Below, one piece after another: positions 63,201 through 64,000 of a DNA stretch of 64,000 nt. The translations under genes were made by a program, and so were the position numbers. Source of the stretch: Bispira polyomma (Eukaryota). The first letter of the stretch is position 1, and each line of letters opens with the position of its first letter. The notes beneath the pieces were generated by a model. The model searched no databases, had not been told where the DNA came from, and saw only the letters and a list, made by a program, of their open reading frames with translations. The stretch is from assembly GCA_965649765.1 (NCBI GenBank), contig OZ287755.1, forward strand, positions 57,164,001-57,228,000. Reading direction: 5' to 3'.

Positions 63201-64000
63201 AAATCATCTTAATTGCGCCATTAAAAACAGAAAACGGAAATTGGAATGGGCCGGATTTTGGTACATTGACTAATGATACATTATAACAGTTGATGAAACA
63301 GATAATTTTTTGACGATTTTGTTTAATGTCTTTAATTTATCAAAATGTGGCTGGTAAATAGAATCTATGTTTTGTTTTATAATTTTGTACATGTTTTTTT
63401 TAGGTTCAATGTCCTGGAGAAGAAAGTAACTGGTTTTTACTTTGAAAGTAAATGGTAATCTGTCACTGTCAAGCACACATGCTCCACCAAATTGTATTGT
63501 GTTGTATCTTGACACGAAAGCAGAGCATTTTTTACATGTGGCAGTTCTATCTGTGTTCTGGTGAAGCATTTATACAAGGTTTTAACATAATACAATATAC
63601 TTCTTAATAATAATGACAATTACAAATGTCAATACAGGACGATACCATAAAACTAGTTTCCTTAATCAAAATAATGTTTGACTAATCCATGTAGACTTAA
63701 AAACAATAGCTATCAATACTGTGTAATTTAAAATCCTTCATGTGTATTAGTTTAAATTGACATCCAAAATTATAACAAGGTAGCTACAATAATAAGGGGT
63801 AATTTTAAGATGGGCTGTGCTTTTTAAATTTTTTCCACAGTCATTCATAAAAACTTTTATCTGCCCTAGGTATGAGGAGATTTTCATCACCTATCCACCT
63901 ATTTATTGGTGATCCACTTTTTTCCCCATGGTACCTGCAATAAACTTGGTCCCGTTATGGCATCCAAATGTAATGGGTGGAAGAATAACACATCTAATCT

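Noticed and set aside
62038-63619. Possible minus-strand exons (acceptor ~62749, YVLEEFTYPHPY..; CKKC-containing ORF at 63270-63569)
   Set aside because: Could not build a phase-consistent, stop-free model or recognise a family.

Overview
AT-rich, intron-bearing animal genomic DNA, probably a marine invertebrate (inferred from the SINE and TE repertoire). About 52 kb is nested mobile elements sitting on old local tandem duplications. It contains three Ngaro/DIRS-type tyrosine-recombinase (YR) retrotransposons (one with intact split direct repeats), three L1/Tx1-type LINEs, a Harbinger transposon with an L1 in its first intron, tRNA-derived SINEs and L2/CR1 fragments. One intronless class A GPCR (GPR161-like) lies at 58.4-59.8 kb. 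Main observations: (1) Two divergent L1/Tx1 elements carry a NADAR (YbiA-like N-glycosidase / ADP-ribose hydrolase) domain fused to the C-terminus of ORF1p. The second is only visible after removing a Ngaro element that split it, and a third L1 ends ORF1 at the fusion point. (2) The Ngaro-like elements appear to use a retrovirus-like expression strategy: a conserved A_AAA_AAC -1 frameshift at the gag/pol junction, and a conserved phase-1 donor/acceptor pair that would splice out RT/RH to make a Gag-N/YR fusion. (3) The Harbinger transposase and MADF genes are interdigitated in each other's introns. All calls are manual reading and translation; no database searches were run.
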